From positions 1 through 44,980 of the forward strand of contig CAZUAN010000002.1 in the NCBI GenBank assembly GCA_964618385.1: a stretch of 44,980 nt of DNA, read 5' to 3'. Under the pieces are notes generated by a model that saw only the letters and a list, made by a program, of their open reading frames with translations, was not told where the DNA came from and searched no databases. A program made the position numbers and the translations under genes. The DNA comes from an uncultured Oscillospiraceae bacterium (lineage in GTDB: Bacteria > Bacillota > Clostridia > Oscillospirales > Oscillospiraceae). Of this stretch, positions 9,011 through 22,335 are shown in pieces (position 1 is the first letter of the stretch; each line of letters begins with the position of its first letter).

Positions 9011-10258
9011 ATGTCTGAAAAGGCTCTCGTTGGTTCCCTGATTATTGGACAGTCCGGCGGCCCGTCTTCCGTCATCAACTGTTCCGCCTACGGCGTCATC
9101 AAAGCCGGCCTGGAGAACCCCAACATCACCACCGTTTACGGCGCGTTTCACGGCATCAAGGGCGTTCTGAACGATCAGCTGATGATTATGGATGAGGAGG
9201 ACCCTGCAGAATTGGCCAACATGCTGCACACTCCCTCCTCCGCCCTGGGCTCCTGCCGCTATAAGATCGCCGATCCCGATGTGGATGACACCGATTACAA
9301 GCGCATCCTGGAGATATTCCAGAAGTACAACGTCCGCTACTTCTTCTACAACGGCGGCAACGATTCCATGGATACCTGCAACAAGATCTCCAAATATATG
9401 AACCGCGTCGGCTATGAGTGCCGGGTCATGGGCGTACCCAAGACCATCGACAACGACCTGGCCGGCACCGACCATTGCCCCGGCTTTGCTTCCGCCGCCA
9501 AATACATCGCAACCTCCTTTATGGAGGTCAGCCGCGACTGCCACGTCTACGATACCGGCATGGTCACGGTCATTGAGTGCATGGGCCGCCACGCCGGCTG
9601 GCTGACCGCCGCCGCAGCCTTGGCCAACACCGCCGGTGAAGGCCCCGACCTGGTCTATCTGCCCGAGGTAGACTTCGACATGGATCAGTTCCTTTCCGAC
9701 GTCAAGCGTGTCTACTCCGAGAAAAAGAACTGTCTGGTGGCCGTTTCCGAGGGCATCCACTATGCTGACGGCACCTTCGTTTCTGAGGCCAAAACATCCG
9801 GCACCGACGGCTTCGGCCATGCCCAGCTGGGCGGTCTGGCCGCCCGCCTGACGGAGATCGTCAAGGCGGAGCTGGACGGCGTCAAGGTTCGTCCCATCGA
9901 GCTGAGTCTGCTGCAGCGCTGCGCGGCCCACTGCGCCTCCGGTACGGACATTCAGGAGTCCTTTATGTCCGGCAAGGTAGCCGTGGAGTCCGCCGTATCC
10001 GGCATCACCGACAAAATGGTGGGCTTCAAGTGTACCCGGGACGAAAATGGCTACAAGTGTGAGCCGGAGCTGTTCGACCTGAGTCTGGTGGCCAACACTG
10101 AGAAAAAGGTTCCGCTGGAGTGGATCAACGAGGCCCACAACGGCGTCAATCAGGGCTTCATCGACTACTGCCTGCCCCTGATTCAGGGCGAAACCGGCAT
10201 GGTCAAGGAAAACGGTCTGCCCCGTTTTGTCCGGCTGAAGCGTGTGTTTGCCAAATAA
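9011..10258 (+). CDS. pfkA: 6-phosphofructokinase, probably PPi-dependent
   Basis: GQSGGPSSVIN, NGGNDSMDT, PKTIDNDL, ECMGRHAGW; start at ATG 9011 after GGAGG. Confidence 0.92.
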   Translation: MSEKALVGSLIIGQSGGPSSVINCSAYGVIKAGLENPNITTVYGAFHGIKGVLNDQLMIMDEEDPAELANMLHTPSSALGSCRYKIADPDVDDTDYKRILEIFQKYNVRYFFYNGGNDSMDTCNKISKYMNRVGYECRVMGVPKTIDNDLAGTDHCPGFASAAKYIATSFMEVSRDCHVYDTGMVTVIECMGRHAGWLTAAAALANTAGEGPDLVYLPEVDFDMDQFLSDVKRVYSEKKNCLVAVSEGIHYADGTFVSEAKTSGTDGFGHAQLGGLAARLTEIVKAELDGVKVRPIELSLLQRCAAHCASGTDIQESFMSGKVAVESAVSGITDKMVGFKCTRDENGYKCEPELFDLSLVANTEKKVPLEWINEAHNGVNQGFIDYCLPLIQGETGMVKENGLPRFVRLKRVFAK

Positions 10259-10293
10259 TACCGTTATTCAAAAAAGAAAAATCGCGTAACAGA

Positions 10294-10321
10294 ACGCTCC
10301 CTGGCCGCAGCCAGGGAGCGT
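10294..10321. terminator. Hairpin between convergent pfk and asnS
   Basis: ACGCTCCCTGGC-CGCA-GCCAGGGAGCGT, perfect 12-bp stem. Confidence 0.7.
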
Positions 10322-10348
10322 GTGTTATTCTATGTTTTTCCGCGCTCC

Positions 10349-11740
10349 CTACAGGTCGCAGTTGCCCACAGTCCTGGGGAAGGGCAGCACATCCCGGATG
10401 TTGCTCATGCCGGTCAGATACATCACGCACCGCTCAAAACCCAAACCGAACCCGGCATGACGGGCGGACCCATATTTGCGCAGATCCAGATAGAAGCCAT
10501 AGTCCTCCGGCTTCATGCCCAGCTCCTCAATGCGGCTTTTCAGCAGCGCGTAGTTGTCCTCACGCTGGCTGCCCCCGATGATCTCGCCAATGCCGGGGAC
10601 CAGACAGTCCATGGCAGCCACGGTTTTCCCGTCGGGATTCAGCTTCATGTAGAAAGCCTTGATTTCCTTTGGGTAGTCGGTGACGAAAACCGGTTTGTGG
10701 AAAACCTCCTCGGTCAGGTAGCGCTCGTGCTCGGTCTGCAAATCGCTGCCCCAATGGACAGGATATTCAAACCGATCATTTTGCCGCTCCAGCAAAGCTA
10801 CCGCATCGGTGTATGTGATGCGGCCGAAATCATTGTGCAGCACATTGTTCAGCCGCTCCAGCAGACCCTTGTCGATAAACTGGTTGAAAAACGCCATTTC
10901 CTCGGGAGCATGTTCCAGAACATAGGAAATGATATACTGGATCATATCCTCCGCCAAAGCCATGTCATCCTCCAGGTCGGCAAAAGCAATTTCCGGTTCG
11001 ATCATCCAGAATTCAGCGGCATGCCGGGTGGTATTGGAGTTCTCCGCCCGGAAGGTGGGGCCGAAGGTATAGATATTGCGGAAGGCCATGGCGAATGCCT
11101 CGCCGTTGAGCTGGCCGGAAACTGTCAAATTGGTAGGTTTTCCATAGAAATCCTGAGAGTAGTCTACTCGGCCGTCCTGCGTTTTGGGTACATTGTTCAG
11201 ATCCAGAGTGGTGACCTGGAACATTTCACCGGCACCCTCACAGTCCGATCCGGTGATCAGGGGTGTGTGTACATAGACGAAGTCCCGATCCTGGAAGAAC
11301 TGGTGGATGGCCATGGCCGCAAGACTTCGGACGCGAAACACGGCCTGAAACGTGTTGGCCCGGGGCCGCAGATGGGTGATGGTCCGCAGGTACTCCATGG
11401 AATGCTTTTTCGGCTGCAGAGGATAGTCTCCGGTGGAGGGGCCTTCCACTGTGACAGAACTGGCCTGAATCTCGAAGGGCTGCTTGGCCTCCGGAGTCAG
11501 CACCAGGGTGCCTTTGACAATCAGCGCGGCGCCGATGTTGATCTTGGAAATCTCCTGAAAATTGGAAATGGAATCGCTGTAAACCACCTGAACCGGATTG
11601 AAATACGTGCCGTCGCTGAGGACAAGAAACCCGAACTGCTTGCTGGGACGCCGGTTTCGAACCCAGCCGCCAATCTCAATTTCGGTGCCGGCATACTTCT
11701 GCGTATTCCTGAACAATTCCCGGACAGTTATCAGTTCCAT
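10349..11740 (-). CDS. asnS: Asparagine--tRNA ligase
   Basis: [57 protein letters not shown]. Confidence 0.97.
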   Translation of the reverse strand: MELITVRELFRNTQKYAGTEIEIGGWVRNRRPSKQFGFLVLSDGTYFNPVQVVYSDSISNFQEISKINIGAALIVKGTLVLTPEAKQPFEIQASSVTVEGPSTGDYPLQPKKHSMEYLRTITHLRPRANTFQAVFRVRSLAAMAIHQFFQDRDFVYVHTPLITGSDCEGAGEMFQVTTLDLNNVPKTQDGRVDYSQDFYGKPTNLTVSGQLNGEAFAMAFRNIYTFGPTFRAENSNTTRHAAEFWMIEPEIAFADLEDDMALAEDMIQYIISYVLEHAPEEMAFFNQFIDKGLLERLNNVLHNDFGRITYTDAVALLERQNDRFEYPVHWGSDLQTEHERYLTEEVFHKPVFVTDYPKEIKAFYMKLNPDGKTVAAMDCLVPGIGEIIGGSQREDNYALLKSRIEELGMKPEDYGFYLDLRKYGSARHAGFGLGFERCVMYLTGMSNIRDVLPFPRTVGNCDL

Positions 11741-11774
11741 AGGGATTCCGCTCCTTCTGCTGAAAATATAGCTA

Positions 11775-11944
11775 ATACTGTTTCTTTATAAAAATGTTTC
11801 ATTTTTATAAAGAAGGCACCGCCTGACGGCGTTGCCGTTTACGTGATTTTCGAGATAGAAAATCACGGAAACCCGTCTCATTATGATCTTCCTATTAAAA
11901 AGTTCAATTCTTACGAATTAAACTTTTTAATGGAATATCAGTAT
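11775..11944. repeat. Modular palindromic element, copy A (MITE/REP-like)
   Basis: ATACTG...CAGTAT ends; perfect 15-bp stem TTCTTTATAAAAATG/CATTTTTATAAAGAA; GGCACCGCC-TGAC-GGCGTTGCC; CGTGATTTTC/GAAAATCACG; CCGTCTCAT; a fourth imperfect stem. Aligns to copies at 36578 and 41751. Confidence 0.8.
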
Positions 11945-11945
11945 A

Positions 11946-11974
11946 AGTATACGCCAATTTGGTATTTTTTACAA
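11946..11974 (-). promoter_or_regulatory. SigA promoter for asnS
   Basis: Minus strand TTGTAA-17 bp-TATACT. Confidence 0.6.
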
Positions 11975-12025
11975 GAGGGAAATGCGAATTTTGTGAAAAT
12001 TATCAAAAACGTAATCATTTCTTCC

Positions 12026-12055
12026 TTGCATTGAGGTGGTATTTCATGCTATAAT
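12026..12055 (+). promoter_or_regulatory. SigA promoter for the LtaS-like gene
   Basis: TTGCAT-18 bp-TATAAT with TGn extended -10, upstream of AAGGAG RBS. Confidence 0.6.
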
Positions 12056-12085
12056 AAGTCGAAATTTTGGATAAGGAGCAATTCC

Positions 12086-14050
12086 ATGGGCAAATTCAGC
12101 ACATCCCACTCTCAGGCACGGAACCGCGGCAGGAAATTGCTGCCTTTTTTCCTGATTCCCCTGTCTTTTTTCCTAATTGAACTGTTCGCGTTTCTGTTCC
12201 TGTCTGCTGTGGGAGCGGAGGACAGCTGGGCTTTTTTGCACAATACCGGAAGCGCAAACGAATCCCTGAGTCAGCCGGATTTCTGGCCGCTGGCCTTTGG
12301 CCTGGTCTGGTCGGCGCTGCTGACCGGCATCCTCGGCATTCTGCCCCGGAAAGCGGCCCGGATTGTCTATGGGATTTTCTACTTCGTCTTTGCCGCCTAT
12401 GCCGTCGTTCAGACGGGATACTATCTGCTGTTCAGCGAAATGCTGTGGTTCTCGGACTTCCGCTATATTTCGGAGGGCGCGGACTATCTGAGTGTTCTGC
12501 TGAGCTATCCCCTCTCTTGGTGGCTGTGCATTGCGGTTCTGTTTGCGCTTGGGGCGGCGGCGGTCTGGAAATTCCCGAGCTGGAACGGCGGCTGGAAACA
12601 GCGTGTTTGTTCCGGATTGATGGCGGGAATGGCCTTCTTCGGTGCGGCGTTCCTGCCTCAGCTGGTGTTCCTCCACGACAGCAGCATTCAATATTCCGGC
12701 TCTGACTACGGCCGGGCACAATCGGCGGAAGCCGCCTATGACAACATGTTCAACGCCTACCGGCTCTATCAGGTCTGCGGGATCTTTCAGACCGCAGTCA
12801 AGGACGTATACGCCAACTACATCTATCCCATCACGCCCGCCCACGCCAAAGCCCGGGAGGAGAAAGTGGAAACGGTAAACACCTATTTTGCCTCCCAGCC
12901 GGAAAGCGAAAGCAATGCCATGACGGGACTTTTATCAGGGAAAAACGTGGTGCTGGTGCTGATGGAATCCATGGATGACTGGATGATCGGCGAAAACACC
13001 CCCACACTGGAAAAGCTGATGGCGGAGGGTATCCGGTTCACCCGGTTCTATACTCCGGGATACGGCGGCGTGCGCACCTTTAATACGGAGTTCTGCATCA
13101 ACACAGGGTCCTTTCTCAGTACCAACGGCGGCTATGCCTTCGACTATGTGACCAATTCCTTCGATCAGTCCCTGGCGAGTCTGCTGACCGGTCAGGGATA
13201 TTCCGCGCTGGTTTACCACTACAACGACCCCTCGTTCTATTCCCGGGGCGTCTTTTCCCCGGCCATGGGCTATGAAGCCTATCTTTCCTACCAGGATTAT
13301 ACAACCAATGCGGACGACCTTTATGATGACCAGTTCCTGTTCGATTGTGAAGCGCTGTCTGACAGCTTTTTCCGGGATGGCAGAACGCTGAATTTCATCA
13401 TCACCCGCTCGGCGCACCTGAGTTACAAATACAACGAGGTGCTGAGCTACTGGGGCCTGAAAAAATATCCCCAGTACAAGGGGCTGACAGGCAATGAGGA
13501 AACCGACTGTGCCTATCTGAAGGCAAAACTGGTAGACGATCTGTTTGCCCGGCTATTGGAGGAGCTGGACGCCCGGGGCCAGCTGGAAAACACGGTCATC
13601 ATTGGCGTCACCGATCACTACACCTATGGCTACAAGGATGAAGCCTCCCTGCTGAAGCTGTCCGGTGTGGAAGATACCCTGCTGCTGGAACTGACGCCCT
13701 GCTTTATCTGGAGTGCAGGCATCGAGCCGATGGAGGTGGACAAGGTGCTGAACACCTCCGACCTTCTTCCCACGATACTGAATCTGCTGGGTGTTCAGAG
13801 CGAATACAGCTATCTGGGCAGAGACGCGTTTGACGAACGCTACGACGGATTTGTACCCTTCTCCAACGGCAGCTGGATCAGCGGGGACATCGCTTATGAC
13901 GCCAGCACCGGAAAGACGATCTCCATCAGCGGCCAGCAGCAAACCGTCACAGCATCCCTCCAGTCGGAAATGACGGAAAGGGTACAGACATTCATTCAGA
14001 TTAACAATTTGATCCTGGAGACGGATTATTATTGTACCGATAATCCATGA
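12086..14050 (+). CDS. LTA synthase (LtaS)-like phosphoglycerol transferase / sulfatase-fold membrane protein
   Basis: About five N-terminal TM helices, then KNVVLVLMES, RTFNTEF (Thr nucleophile position), SAHLSY, TDHY, DLLPTILNLLG, YLGRD. Confidence 0.85.
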   Translation: MGKFSTSHSQARNRGRKLLPFFLIPLSFFLIELFAFLFLSAVGAEDSWAFLHNTGSANESLSQPDFWPLAFGLVWSALLTGILGILPRKAARIVYGIFYFVFAAYAVVQTGYYLLFSEMLWFSDFRYISEGADYLSVLLSYPLSWWLCIAVLFALGAAAVWKFPSWNGGWKQRVCSGLMAGMAFFGAAFLPQLVFLHDSSIQYSGSDYGRAQSAEAAYDNMFNAYRLYQVCGIFQTAVKDVYANYIYPITPAHAKAREEKVETVNTYFASQPESESNAMTGLLSGKNVVLVLMESMDDWMIGENTPTLEKLMAEGIRFTRFYTPGYGGVRTFNTEFCINTGSFLSTNGGYAFDYVTNSFDQSLASLLTGQGYSALVYHYNDPSFYSRGVFSPAMGYEAYLSYQDYTTNADDLYDDQFLFDCEALSDSFFRDGRTLNFIITRSAHLSYKYNEVLSYWGLKKYPQYKGLTGNEETDCAYLKAKLVDDLFARLLEELDARGQLENTVIIGVTDHYTYGYKDEASLLKLSGVEDTLLLELTPCFIWSAGIEPMEVDKVLNTSDLLPTILNLLGVQSEYSYLGRDAFDERYDGFVPFSNGSWISGDIAYDASTGKTISISGQQQTVTASLQSEMTERVQTFIQINNLILETDYYCTDNP

Positions 14051-14104
14051 GAATCGGTCTTGTGCGATTTGGGGTCCGCTTTCGGCGGATTCCAAATCAT
14101 ATAA

Positions 14105-14133
14105 GCCCCGGTATCCCAAACGGATACCGGGGC
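14105..14133. terminator. Hairpin between convergent LtaS-like gene and atpC
   Basis: GCCCCGGTATCC-CAAAC-GGATACCGGGGC. Confidence 0.7.
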
Positions 14134-14139
14134 AAATTC

Positions 14140-16911
<2,772 letters not shown>

Positions 16912-16926
16912 GGGTAACCTCCTCCC

Positions 16927-18435
16927 TTATGCCGTGAACTGTGCAACCAGCTCGTCCAGCGCGGCCTTCAGGCCGTTCTCCGTCTCGGTTTCCAGCTTGC
17001 CGGTGGCGCGGATGGCTTCCAGAACACCGGCGTGATAATTTTCCATGTGTTCTTCCAGCCGCTTTTCAAATTCGGGAATGGACTCCACGGCAATTCCGCC
17101 CAGATACCCGTGGGTAACGGCATAGATGATGCACACCTGCTGGGCTACTTCCTTGGGAGAGTTGTTCTTTTGCTTCAGAACGGCCACAATCCGCTCGCCC
17201 AAGGCCAGACGGGCCTTGGTGTCCGCATCCAGATCGGAGCCAAACTGCGCGAAGCTTTGCAGCTCCCGGTACTGGGAGTACAGCAGCTTCAGGGAACCCG
17301 CCACCTTTTTCATGGCCTTGATCTGTGCATCGCCGCCAACACGGGAGACGGAAATGCCGGGGTTCACAGCGGGCATAATGCCGGAGTTGAACAGCTCGGT
17401 TTCCAGGAAAATCTGGCCGTCGGTGATGGAAATAACGTTTGTGGGAATGTAAGCGGAAACGTCACCCGCCTGTGTCTCAATGATAGGCAGCGCCGTCAGT
17501 GAACCGCCGCCCAACTCCGGGGACAGCTGCGCCGCACGTTCCAACAGACGGGAATGGAGGTAGAACACATCGCCGGGGTATGCCTCCCGTCCAGGGGGGC
17601 GGCGAATCAGCAGGGAAATGGCACGATAGGCCACAGCGTGCTTGCTAAGGTCATCGTAAATGACCAATACATCCTTCCCCTGATACATGAAATACTCTCC
17701 CATGGAGCAGCCCGCATAGGGGGCAATATACTGCATAGGGGCCAGTTCGGAGGCGGTGGCGGAAACAACAATGGTATAGTCCATGGCGCCGCCTGCCGTC
17801 AGGTTGTCCACAACCTGGGCAACGGTGGAGCGCTTCTGACCGATGGCCACATAGATGCAGATCACGTTCTGCCCCTTCTGGTTCAGGATGGTATCTGTTG
17901 CGATGGTGGTCTTGCCGGTCTGACGGTCACCGATGATCAACTCCCGCTGGCCCCGGCCAATGGGAATCATGGAGTCAATGGCCTTGATACCGGTCTGCAA
18001 AGGCACACTGACGTGTTTGCGTTCAATGATGCCGGGGGCCGGGCTTTCGATGGGGCGGTATTGCTCGGACTCAATGGCGCCCTTACCGTCGATGGGTTCG
18101 CCCAGAGCGTTGACCACACGGCCAATCAGCCCGCTGCCCACGGGAACGGACATGACGCGGCCGGTACGCTTTACGATATCGCCTTCCTTGATTCCCTGGT
18201 CGCTGCCAAGAATCACAATGGAAACGGTGTCCTCCTCCAGATTCTGTGCCATGCCGAAAGAGCCGTCCGGGAATTCTACAAGCTCACCAGCCATGCATTT
18301 TTCCAGGCCGGAGGCTTTGGCAATGCCGTCGCCCACCAGAATGACAACGCCGGTTTCGCTTACTTCGATTTTGTTTTCATAGTTCTTAATCTGACTACGA
18401 ATAATTTTGGTGATTTCTTCGGGTCTTAATTCCAT
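16927..18435 (-). CDS. atpA: ATP synthase F1 alpha subunit
   Basis: [31 protein letters not shown]. Confidence 0.98.
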   Translation of the reverse strand: MELRPEEITKIIRSQIKNYENKIEVSETGVVILVGDGIAKASGLEKCMAGELVEFPDGSFGMAQNLEEDTVSIVILGSDQGIKEGDIVKRTGRVMSVPVGSGLIGRVVNALGEPIDGKGAIESEQYRPIESPAPGIIERKHVSVPLQTGIKAIDSMIPIGRGQRELIIGDRQTGKTTIATDTILNQKGQNVICIYVAIGQKRSTVAQVVDNLTAGGAMDYTIVVSATASELAPMQYIAPYAGCSMGEYFMYQGKDVLVIYDDLSKHAVAYRAISLLIRRPPGREAYPGDVFYLHSRLLERAAQLSPELGGGSLTALPIIETQAGDVSAYIPTNVISITDGQIFLETELFNSGIMPAVNPGISVSRVGGDAQIKAMKKVAGSLKLLYSQYRELQSFAQFGSDLDADTKARLALGERIVAVLKQKNNSPKEVAQQVCIIYAVTHGYLGGIAVESIPEFEKRLEEHMENYHAGVLEAIRATGKLETETENGLKAALDELVAQFTA

Positions 18436-18453
18436 ACAGTCCCTGCTTTCTCG

Positions 18454-18993
18454 TCAGAGTACGGTTTTGTTCAGCAGATCCCGGATCGCATCCATACGGT
18501 GGGACACGGTGTCATCCAGGCGCTGACCATCATAGTCCAGGCGGACTCCGCCATAGACGCTTGGGTCGATCCGGTTGCGCAGCGCAATCTGCTTGCCGGT
18601 AATCTGGTTCAGTTTCTGCGTAAGCTGCTCTGCCTGAGCAGCGCTCAAGGCCACGGCAGTGACGGCAGTAACGGGCAAAATCCCGTTGTCCTGATTATAC
18701 CGCTGGGTATAAGCGTCGCAGCAGTCGGAAAAATATCGGATATAACCCCTCTCTGTCAGAATTTTCATAAAATTCAGCAGATAGGCATGTACCTTACCCC
18801 GAAAGCTGTCATCCAGTATCTGGCAGCGTTCCATCTTGGTTAGGCTGGGAGACGCCAGAAGCTTTACAAAGTCCGACTCCTGCCGGAAGCTTTCCTGCAT
18901 GGCCTCCAGCTGCTGCCCGATGGTCTGCGCCAGCGACTCGTCCCTGGCCAGTTCATACAGCGATTCGCCGTAAACGCTTCCAACCTCCGTCAT
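18454..18993 (-). CDS. atpH: ATP synthase delta subunit
   Basis: YGESLYELA, VTAVAL, IDPSVYGG; between atpF and atpA. Confidence 0.92.
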   Translation of the reverse strand: MTEVGSVYGESLYELARDESLAQTIGQQLEAMQESFRQESDFVKLLASPSLTKMERCQILDDSFRGKVHAYLLNFMKILTERGYIRYFSDCCDAYTQRYNQDNGILPVTAVTAVALSAAQAEQLTQKLNQITGKQIALRNRIDPSVYGGVRLDYDGQRLDDTVSHRMDAIRDLLNKTVL

Positions 18994-19499
18994 ACGCCAT
19001 CACCCAATTCATCCAGGAAACGGTTAATCAGCTGTTCCTGATCGGTATCCGTCAGCTCCCGCTCCACAACCTTTCCGGCAATGGCCAACGCCAGGTCGGA
19101 TATCTCGTTTTTGGCATCGTTGATGGCTTTTTTCCGCTCCATCTCAATGTCGGAAGACGCTTTGGACCGGAGCTGGGCAGCCTGCTGCTGCGCCTGGCTG
19201 ATGATCTCCTCACTGCGCAGCGAAGCGGTTTTCTGAGCCGTCAGCAGAAGATCATCCGCTTTGGCTTTCGCCTCACGCATATTCTGTTCATATGTCTGCT
19301 TAATGGCCGCGGCCTCGGATTTTGCCGTCTCCGCGTCGGCGATCTGTTTGTCGGCGGCCTCCCGGCGCTTGTCCAGGATAGCCTTGATCTTATCCAGGAA
19401 GAAGATCTTAACGATAAGCAGCTGGATAAACAGGTTGCAAATCTGAGCAATCAGGGTTACAGGGTTTACCGTCACCAGGGACTGGTAAAGGGTATCCAT
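18990..19499 (-). CDS. atpF: ATP synthase Fo b subunit
   Basis: N-terminal TM (TLIAQICNLFI) then coiled coil; start at ATG 19499 after GGAGG. Confidence 0.92.
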   Translation of the reverse strand: MDTLYQSLVTVNPVTLIAQICNLFIQLLIVKIFFLDKIKAILDKRREAADKQIADAETAKSEAAAIKQTYEQNMREAKAKADDLLLTAQKTASLRSEEIISQAQQQAAQLRSKASSDIEMERKKAINDAKNEISDLALAIAGKVVERELTDTDQEQLINRFLDELGDGV

Positions 19500-19552
19500 T
19501 GCATTGCCTCCTTCCGGCGTAATTTCCAATAAAAACCATTACTTGCCGGAGC

Positions 19553-19846
<294 letters not shown>

Positions 19847-19893
19847 CTAAAATTGATTTCGTAGATTACGTTTTTATTCAAATGGCCGGGCAG

Positions 19894-20772
19894 TCAGTCG
19901 CCTGCGGCCTGTTTGATGAAGAGGGTGGTCAGCGTGCAGAAAATAAACGCCTGGACACAGCCGCCAAACCAGTCGAAGTACAGGCTGGGAATGGCCGGAA
20001 TGCCAATAATCAGCCACGGATAGGTCGCTCCGGCATTGGTAAGCATTGCCAAAACGCCCAGCACCGCCAGAACGATGCCTAAAATGAACCAGAATTTCTT
20101 CCCCGCCTTTTTCCCGAAAACGATCAGGGCAGCTCCCACAGCAGTCACAATGGCGGCAACCAGCAGGCTGGAGCCAAGCATCCGGAACAGGGCGTTGCTG
20201 GCAACCGTCATTGCGGCATAAATCAGCGCGCCGATAACCGTGCCGGAAAGGATGTTGCCAAAGTGACGGCAGGCCATGGAGATGGGGGTAAACAGCTCAC
20301 TCATGATATTGATGGGGGCAAGGATAAAAATAGGATCCAGGAAGCTCTTCAGATAGCCGCCGATGCCGGAGGCTTTGATTTTATGATACGTAATGAGCAC
20401 AAAGACCACCAGCGCCCAGGCAAGCTCCGTCATCAGATCCGCTGTCGGACTCCAGATGCCCACCAGACTGATCAGATTGGAAATCACACTGGTGACAAAG
20501 ATCGTGCCTATCAGGGGGATATAGTGGTCAAACTCCATCCCCATATTACCCCGGACGAAATTGACCAGAGAGGTGTAGGCCATTTCCGCCACGGCCTGCT
20601 TGCGGGAGATGCCCGTTACCTTCAGGCCGGATCCCAGCCAGATACACAGCGCGGAGATAATGACCATGACCAGCCAGCTGACGGCCAGAGTCTGCGTAAT
20701 CTGAACGGTTCCGAACAGGGGAACGTTTTCAAACGTCGCGAGAATTTTTGCCCCATTGATGGATACTTCCAT
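19894..20772 (-). CDS. atpB: ATP synthase Fo a subunit
   Basis: SPTAD, PISMACRHFGNI (essential Arg), VQAFIFCTLT. Confidence 0.93.
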   Translation of the reverse strand: MEVSINGAKILATFENVPLFGTVQITQTLAVSWLVMVIISALCIWLGSGLKVTGISRKQAVAEMAYTSLVNFVRGNMGMEFDHYIPLIGTIFVTSVISNLISLVGIWSPTADLMTELAWALVVFVLITYHKIKASGIGGYLKSFLDPIFILAPINIMSELFTPISMACRHFGNILSGTVIGALIYAAMTVASNALFRMLGSSLLVAAIVTAVGAALIVFGKKAGKKFWFILGIVLAVLGVLAMLTNAGATYPWLIIGIPAIPSLYFDWFGGCVQAFIFCTLTTLFIKQAAGD

Positions 20773-20804
20773 GTTTCATTCACCTCATTCAATACCAAGT
20801 AGCG

Positions 20805-21281
20805 TTACAATTCAAAGCTGCCGGGATGATCCTCCGGTTCCTCATCGGGGGCAGCAGAGCTGCCCGTCCGCTCACTGGGCGTCACAAGCTTCCCCCTGGC
20901 CTGCAGATAAAAAATCACAGCGTTGGGAAACAGTATGGGCGCAGCGCCGGCCACGAAATGAATCTGGGGAATCAGAAAGCAGACAACAACCCAGACGGCC
21001 TGCAGAATCAGGCGCAGATTATAACTGAGCTGGAAGCGCTGTTTCATTTTCCGCTTGTTGTCGATCTCCGCCGCGTTCTGCACCGTCAGGCACAGGACGG
21101 TGAAGTTCAACACCGCCACAGCGGAGCCGCAAACCGCACCCAGAAGGACCCGAGACAGCGAAAAGCTGCCGATACCCAGCTGACTCAGCAGGAACAGAAC
21201 CGCGACCATCACGATGTCGCATACGAAAACACCCACACTGATGCGGGTAATCTCTTTACGGGAGGCACTTTGTAGCTTCAT
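20805..21281 (-). CDS. atpI: ATP synthase protein I
   Basis: Four TM helices, G..VAVLNF, SYNLRL; directly upstream of atpB. Confidence 0.8.
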   Translation of the reverse strand: MKLQSASRKEITRISVGVFVCDIVMVAVLFLLSQLGIGSFSLSRVLLGAVCGSAVAVLNFTVLCLTVQNAAEIDNKRKMKQRFQLSYNLRLILQAVWVVVCFLIPQIHFVAGAAPILFPNAVIFYLQARGKLVTPSERTGSSAAPDEEPEDHPGSFEL

Positions 21282-21299
21282 GGGAAATGTTCCTTTTCA

Positions 21300-21560
21300 T
21301 TACTGATGATCGTTGAAGGACACGGGCGGATCTTTCCTGTCCTGGCTGAACTCCTCGGCAGCCCTGCGCAGGGCCCGCAGGCAGGAACGGGCAGTGCTGA
21401 CGGTGGTGAGCAGGCCCAGAATGCCGCATATAATCACAATCCAGTTGCCAAAGCCAAACCGCTCCTGCAGCCAGGAAGCCAGAAGCAGGAAGAAAAGCAA
21501 AGGAAAGATGATGGAAAGGCCGAATTGTCCCACCCATACCAGCAGATTCAAAAGCTTCAT
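21300..21560 (-). CDS. AtpZ/AtpI family small membrane protein
   Basis: MKLLNLLVWVGQFGLSIIFP...LQERFGFGNW..ILG; first gene of the atp operon, AGGAGG RBS. Confidence 0.8.
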   Translation of the reverse strand: MKLLNLLVWVGQFGLSIIFPLLFFLLLASWLQERFGFGNWIVIICGILGLLTTVSTARSCLRALRRAAEEFSQDRKDPPVSFNDHQ

Positions 21561-21617
21561 CGTTCCTCCTGCCGTCATGCAGGCTCCAGCATGACAAGAC
21601 ATTTTATAGTAACATTT

Positions 21618-21646
21618 ATTATACCCGGTAACCCGTCCAGATTCAA
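21618..21646 (-). promoter_or_regulatory. SigA promoter for the atp operon
   Basis: Minus strand TTGAAT-17 bp-TATAAT. Confidence 0.7.
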
Positions 21647-21731
21647 GTCCATTTTGTTAATTATTTCAAAAAAGTATTTTTATCGCGTCGGCGGGAACGG
21701 CTGACCGGCAGAATCTGTCGGGAAGGCCCTC

Positions 21732-21830
21732 ATATTGGTTCTTATACTATTACTATAAATGGTTCCATTTTATCAAAAAGGCATCGCCTTGCGGCGCGCA
21801 TCATCGGGGAAAGCCGGATTTCTTTCCCAT
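21732..21830. repeat. Degenerate copy F of the palindromic element
   Basis: ATATTGGTTCTT-ATACTATT..ATAAATGG-TT-CCATTTTAT..GGCATCGCC-TTGC-GGCG; same module order as copies A, B and C. Confidence 0.5.
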
Positions 21831-21924
21831 CCAGCCGACAATCGGCGCCAATTTCTTTCCGGTTCCAGAGCAGAAAAAAGAAGAAAGGGCTTTTCATTTT
21901 GCCCCGGATGTTGTAAAATAGGAA

Positions 21925-21953
21925 GCACAGAATTTCCCGCTTCCCCATAAACT
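21925..21953 (+). promoter_or_regulatory. Candidate sporulation (SigK-like) promoter
   Basis: GCAC-17 bp-CATAAACT before the GAGGTG RBS of ORF 21970. Confidence 0.45.
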
Positions 21954-21969
21954 ATTCCGAGGTGATTGT

Positions 21970-22335
21970 GTGGCGGGGTATTTTCTGGTGGCCGTGCTGG
22001 CAGCTTTTGGGGCGCTTAGCGCGCTGTGGGCCGCATTTGGCTGGCTGCTGCCGGTGTGCAGCAGCGGCTGGCTGGTATGTCCCGGGCGGCCGGGGACGCT
22101 TTTCTTCGTACCCCTGTATCTGTGGCTTCGCTGGGCGGGACTTGTCCGGTGTCCGCTGATTCTGGCAGACATGGGGCTGGACGATGACCAGCGCGCACAG
22201 CTGGAGCGCAAAGGAATTGAAATATACAGCCTGGAGGAATTGTCAGAAAGGCTTAGAATTGGAGCGGAAGAAATTGGCAGAGGAAATGGAAATCCTGCAG
22301 GGCGCTGTCAGCGCCGTGGTGTATCAGAACTATGA
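21970..22335 (+). CDS. Hypothetical small membrane protein
   Basis: GAGGTG RBS, GTG start, two hydrophobic segments; 3' end overlaps recD2. Confidence 0.6.
   Translation: MAGYFLVAVLAAFGALSALWAAFGWLLPVCSSGWLVCPGRPGTLFFVPLYLWLRWAGLVRCPLILADMGLDDDQRAQLERKGIEIYSLEELSERLRIGAEEIGRGNGNPAGRCQRRGVSEL

Noticed and set aside
11843-12034. 63-aa ORF in the AT-rich asnS/LtaS intergenic region
   Set aside because: No RBS; it runs through repeat element A and promoter sequence.
21654-21671. Rex-like box TTGTTAA-N4-TTCAAAA upstream of the atp promoter (similar at 11991-12008)
   Set aside because: Imperfect matches in AT-rich UP-element positions that cannot be told from background without comparative data.
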